Source of the DNA: Eledone cirrhosa
Lineage: Eukaryota
Direction: 5' to 3'
DNA: 64,000 nt
Assembly: GCA_964016885.1 (NCBI GenBank)
Contig: OZ024744.1
Span: 109,306,001 to 109,370,000, forward strand
Under the pieces are notes generated by a model that did no database searches, had not been told where the DNA came from, and saw only the letters and a program-made list of their open reading frames with translations. The position numbers and the translations under genes were made by a program. Of the stretch, positions 58,816 through 64,000 are shown in pieces (within the stretch, counting starts at the first letter, position 1; the number at the start of each line of letters is the position of its first letter).

Positions 58816-59090
58816 ACGTGCCAAAGGTTCAGTAAATCGGAAGTAAACTGGTGAGAGAACCAAGGTCCGTATTCGATGCAGAGCAGAGTGTATATAATAA
58901 GAACTAAGCTTGTTTGTGTCTGACTGGTTCGTCTTCAGATTTGACGTGATTTTTGTAGTGTTAACACTGGTCTGAGGATCAGGGAGACTTGGAGTCTGGT
59001 CTGGGATGACCCCAGATCACGAGCCTGCTGCCTGGGAAACATTTGTAACTGGGTTAAGCAATAAATCTCATATGTAACACCTCTACTTTG

Positions 59091-59158
<68 letters not shown>

Positions 59159-59389
59159 ATATAGAAATCACTTCTACAGTATTAGAACTGTTTCATTCAT
59201 ATGGAATAAAAAAATTCTTATACTAAAACAACGTATTGAGTACCTTTTAAACTGTGGATACCCCCCCCCCCCGGCACAATCCAGGTATCTACACACACAC
59301 ACACGTATATATATATATATGTATATATATATGTATATATATATGTATATATATATGTATATGTGTATATGTATATGTGTATATATATA

Positions 59390-59763
59390 TATTGGTAAAA
59401 GGAAAAGAAAATGCTGACAAATTGTTCCCAGTGAAAAATAGTTTAATTCGGAATAATTGATAATTAGTAATAGTATTAGTTAGTATTCAGTTTTGGTTTT
59501 AAGTTTTTACCGGTTGCGCATTTCTAATGCTTTTCAAAAATAATTTTGAGATAGAGCGCCCATCATTAGATTAGAACAAACATCACGGGCGCTCTATCTC
59601 AAAATTATTTTTGAAAAGCATTAGAAATGCGCAACCAATAAAAACTTAAAACTAAAACTGAATACTAACCAATACTTATTAGTATAATTTTTACTTATTC
59701 CTAATTAAACTATTTTTCACTGGGAAAAATTTGTCAACATTTTCTTTTCCTTTTACCAATATA
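59390..59763. repeat. Fold-back element, arms about 175 bp
   Basis: 59390-59561 is inverted at 59587-59763. Confidence 0.88.
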
Positions 59764-59868
59764 TCATAACTCGTGTGTTACACCTCTATTCTTTTAAATA
59801 TATATATATATAGTCCAGAAATATCCGTCGAAACGGCTTGAGCTCTGCCGTCGGGTCTTGAACATTTT

Positions 59869-59902
<34 letters not shown>

Positions 59903-60032
59903 AAGTATGTTTTGAAACAGTGAGCGAGTTTGAAATTAGAAAATATATAGCTTTCACCGTATTTTTAACTAAAGGAATTTTAGCTTGATAACGGGGTTTA
60001 GAACCCTCAGATAAATGGAAAAAGATGAGTAT

Positions 60033-60103
60033 TGACGTACATGGGAGTCGAACCCACATCTGTGGTTATCGCGACCACTGTGCTACCATTACACCAACAC
60101 ATC
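60033..60103 (-). tRNA. tRNA-like sequence (non-canonical; probably element-borne)
   Basis: GATGTGT TG GTGT AATGGTA GCAC A GTGGT CGCGATA ACCAC AGAT GTGGG TTCGACT CCCAT GTACGTC A; all four stems pair, but U33 is absent. Confidence 0.5.
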
Positions 60104-60311
60104 ACCCATCTCTCTCCATTCAAATTAGAAACTACATTCTTAGCGAGTTTAAATGGCAAGTAAGTATGTTTTGAAACAGTGAGCGAGTTAAAAATACGGT
60201 GAAAGCTATATATTTTCTAATTTCAAACTCGCTCACTGTTTCAAAACATACTTACTTGCCATTTAAACTCGCTAAGAATGTAGGTTCTAATTTGAATGGA
60301 GAGAGATGGGT

Positions 60312-60382
60312 GATGTGTTGGTGTAATGGTAGCACAGTGGTCACGATAATCACAGATGTGGGTTCGACTCCCATGTACGTCA
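60312..60382 (+). tRNA. tRNA-like sequence, second copy
   Basis: Same fold; anticodon arm GTGGT CACGATA ATCAC; followed by a TTTTT run. Confidence 0.5.
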
Positions 60383-60464
60383 ATACTCATCTTTTTCCAT
60401 TTATCTGAGGATTCTAAACCCCATTATCAGGCTAAAATTCCTTTAGTTAAAAATACGGTGAAAG

Positions 60465-60501
<37 letters not shown>

Positions 60502-60927
60502 CATATATATACATTCACAGGAACAGAGGAGAGATTTGTGAATGTGTTATTATGTATATATTTATGTGAAGATTCAGGGAGTAAGAGCGAGAGAAAGAGA
60601 AAGAGAGTGAGAGTGAGACGAAGTTGTAGTGAGGAGGAGGAGGAGGAAGGGGGGGAGAAGCAGGAGGGGGTATGTGTAGGAGGAGGAGGAAGAGCAAGAG
60701 GAATGGTTAGTATGTTAAAAAAGGAAATAAATAGAAAGTAACATAATGGAATATGGAGTGGTGGGAAGTTTAGGTTGTAACAAGCAGTTTTGGTTAAATT
60801 TACTTGAGGCCATATTATATGACAAGTCTGAATGAAATGGCCCTGTCCATTAGACTCAATATGTTGGACATTCTGAACATTTTGAAAATTCCCACATGTA
60901 GTGTGTAGCTTGAAAAGGGGGGAAATA

Positions 60928-61735
60928 TCTAAACTATAATAAAGGGAGGAGTGTGGGACTGCGTACGGTTTATAATTTTTTTTTTATCCTATTAGTAAAA
61001 TAAGTTTCGATTACTTTGAATAAATAATTGTTTCTACTTTTTGGCACAAGGTCAGCAATCACCCAGTACATTACTGGTACTTTATTTTATCGACCCCCGT
61101 AACCATATATATTCTGAAACTACATTGTCTAGGGTACTTGGATAAGTATATTTCCTTTTAATCAAAGGGTTCCCCGCGGGCCCAAACCCCGCTGAAAATA
61201 TTTTCCCTTCGATTTATATGAAATTTAAACCATAGGTAAATGACAAGATATGATGTCTATTCACAAAAAGTTTTGAATTGAAAGGCAGAGTTAACCTCGG
61301 CGGGATTTGAACTCAGACCATAAAGGGCCGTAACTCTTTGCTGCAAAGCATGGCGTCCGACCCTCTACCGATACTGCCATGAATATTACATAATTTATCT
61401 ACTAAATTTCATGACTGTTCATTAAATATATTTTGTTTATTTTAAGATTCACTTCTTTAAAATTTCTGAAATGTCAACACTTCCGGTTGGCGATCGCTTA
61501 AATAAACATACTAATTTTCTCTTAATGCAGTTTATATATAATATCGTCTTTTTTTTTATGTATCATGGATTACGTTACTGATTACATAAGACAGTGTAAC
61601 ACAGTATTCATTCTATTGTCAATTACGATTTTATTTGATGTATCATATCTACATGTATATATACCTGCGTATAATATCAATATACACACTACACATGCTA
61701 GCAGAAAAGCACTCGTACGATGGTTTTTCTGCTAG
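60928..61735 (+). mobile_element. Helitron copy with a nested SINE (61022-61380), itself interrupted at 61101-61280
   Basis: A|TCTAAACTATAATAAAGG ... GGTTTTTCTGCTAG|T; matches 6517-7039. Confidence 0.82.
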
Positions 61736-61769
61736 TTGTCTATAACTATCTAGAGGGAGCTATTCAGTG

Positions 61770-62810
61770 ATTGGATGGTTGGTTAGCTGGCTGGTTGACT
61801 GGTTGGTTGGTTGGTTCGTTCGTTCGTTCGTTCGCTGGTTGGGTGGTTGGTTGGGTGGTTCGCTGGTTGGGTTAGATGGTTGGATGGCTGGATGGTGTGT
61901 TGGTTAGATGGTTGGCTGGTTGGCTGGTTGGCTGGTTGGCTGGTTGGATGGTTAGTTGGTTGGTTCGGTGGTTGGTTGGTTGGTTGGCTGGTTGGTTAGA
62001 TGGTTGGATAGTTGACTGGTTGGATGGTTGGCTGGCTGTCTGGCTGATGGGTTGGTTGGTTGGTTGGGTGGGTGGCTGGCTGGATGGATGGATGGTTGGT
62101 TAGATGGTTGGCTGGTTGGCTCGCTGGTTTGGCTGGTTGGTTGGGTGCTTGGCTGGTTGGTTGGTTGGATGGTTGGTTGGCTGGCTGGCTGGTTGGCTGG
62201 GTGGTTGGCTGCTTGGTTGGTTGGCTGGCTGGGTGGTTGGTTGGTTGGCTGGCTGGTTGGGTGGACGGTTGGTTGGTTAGATGGTTGGCTGGTTGCTTGG
62301 TTGGTTGGCTGGTTGGCTGGTTGGTCGGATGGTTGGCTGGCTGGATGGTTGGGTGGATAGTTGATTGGTTGATTGGCTGGCTGGTGGGATGGTTCGTTGG
62401 ATGGTTGGTTGGATGGTTGGTTAGTTGGCTGGTTGGATCGCTGGATGGTTGGTTGGTTGGATGGTTGGATGTTTGGGTGGTTGGATGGTTGAATGGTTGG
62501 TTGGATGGTTGGTTGGATGGTTGGTTGGATGGCTGGTTAGATGGTTGGTTGGTTGGATGGCTGGCTGGTTGGTTGGCTGGTTGGATGGTTGGATGGTTGG
62601 TTGGTTGGTTGGATGGTTGGTTCTTTGGATGGTCAGTTGGTTCTTTGGACGTTTGGATGGTTGGATGGTTGGGTAGAAGGTTGGTTAGTTGGATGGTTAG
62701 TTGGATGGTTAGTTGGATGGCTGGTTGGATGGTTGGATGGTTAGATGGTTGGATGGTTGGCTGGTTGGTGGGATGGTTGGATGGTTGGTTGGATGGTTGG
62801 GTGTTTGGTT
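61770..62810. repeat. Degenerate (GGTT/GGCT/GGAT)n tetranucleotide array
   Basis: Directly visible. Confidence 0.95.
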
Positions 62811-62923
62811 ATACAGAATTGTACTACATTTCAATAGATGAAAATTGTGAAAGACTCAAGGAAATCAACAATATTTGTTACAGTTATAGAAGAGTTGTGG
62901 GTCTTGAGGTTTCATCAATTGGA

Positions 62924-63095
62924 ATAATAATTGTTTCTACTTTTGGCACAAGGCCAGCAAATTACCCAGTGCATTACTGGTACTTTATTTTATCGACCCC
63001 CGTAAGGCAAAGTTAACCTCGGCGGGATTTGAACTCAGATTGGAAAGGGCTGTAACTCTATGCATCAAAGCATAGACCCTCTACCGATACTGCCA
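62924..63095 (-). mobile_element. SINE copy
   Basis: Matches 3598-3787. Confidence 0.85.
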
Positions 63096-63369
63096 AATAA
63101 TAATGAAGATTTATGGTAATGTTTGAGTTGTTGTTGGGGATTAGCTGACTTTAATAACATTTCTTTTGAAAAGTGTTATTGTAAGTGTTTAGAGAAGTAT
63201 ATATCTATTGAGTTCTACAAAATACCTTTGACTAAACAACGGCTTTTATCTAAATTAAAATAACAATGAGGCCATACCACCTTGCCCTTTCTGTGCCTGT
63301 AGGAGCTATTTGGTTTATTTCTAATATATTCTTCCTAAAACTATTTCTTTTAATTTGTTATTACGGTTT

Positions 63370-63575
63370 CTGATTAAGACACAAAAGGCCAACAATTTTG
63401 AGAAAGAGTAAAGTCAATTAAATTGATCCCAGTGCATTACTGGTACTTTATTTTATCGATCCCGTAAGGATGAAAGGCAAAACTAATCTCGACGGAATTT
63501 GAAATCAGAATGTAAAGGGATGCAACTATATACCACAAAACATGTTGCCCGACGCTCTACCGATACTGTCAGTCC
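63370..63575 (-). mobile_element. SINE copy, longer subfamily
   Basis: Matches 14805-15020, including the extra AAAGTC.ATTAAAT.GA segment. Confidence 0.8.
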
Positions 63576-64000
63576 ATTTCTCTAGTAATGGTTATAATAA
63601 TTTTCAATATTGTTGAAAGACTGTTCATCTTATGCTACATTATACAGACGAATTGACAGCATTGTTCAAAATCTTATAACTGACAGAGGGTTCGAATTTT
63701 TGTTAATGCATTTCATATTGCTTTCTATAAGGATCGTATTTGCTAGTCTAAGTTTAAGGCCAAATCTAAATAACTCACTATTTTAATGTTGGTATCTACT
63801 CTGATCTTTAAATCTAATTCTCTGAATTATTCAACAGTTATTTTCTAAATATACCTGTTTGTTAATTATTCATATTTCTAGAAATAAAGTGGCAACCATC
63901 TCTTCATAATCTGACCTTTATGACCAGGAATCTTATATGGACAAAATATATTATATACAATCCAATAATATAATAATTTCTCATACTCCTGCCGAATTAT

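Larger units (their letters stand above)
59900..60470. mobile_element. Two head-to-head 259-bp units, each with a tRNA-like cloverleaf and an HHR-like terminus
   Basis: GAAAGCT at 60201 and 60460; GTAAGTATG at 59901 and 60160; inversion junction at about 60188. Confidence 0.8.

Noticed and set aside
60033-60382. Functional tRNA-Ser(CGA) genes
   Set aside because: No U33, no long Ser variable arm, several G-U pairs in the acceptor stem, and embedded in a repeat unit; kept only as tRNA-like.
63648-64000. Possible exons near the window end (RIDSIVQNLITDRG...)
   Set aside because: Weak donors, stops in alternative frames, and no recognisable motif.

Overview
Eukaryotic, AT-rich, repeat-saturated DNA. 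The tRNA-headed SINE families and (TA)n/(CA)n/(TACA)n density suggest an octopod cephalopod (inference). There is no intact, recognisable host gene; three short phase-compatible candidate exons lie at 20.1-23.3 kb. Most of the window is nested mobile DNA: at least seven Penelope-like element (PLE) relics (RT + GIY-YIG, one near full-length with direct pseudo-LTRs), R4/Dong-type restriction-like-endonuclease (RLE) retrotransposons in (TAA)n and (TACA)n, CRE-like and RTE fragments, a bipartite RTE-derived element, a Tigger/pogo transposase pseudogene, an LTR, two long-TIR MITEs with 8/9-bp TSDs, Helitron/Helentron-like elements and many SINEs. The most striking unlabelled signal is about 15 type-I hammerhead ribozyme (HHR) motifs, many with variant cores or 80-110 nt stem II expansions. 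They sit in PLE termini and in small tandem or fold-back non-coding units in (TA)n, including a 259-bp unit that carries a complete tRNA-like cloverleaf. All calls were made by eye; no database searches or folding software were run, and boundaries not tied to a quoted motif are approximate.
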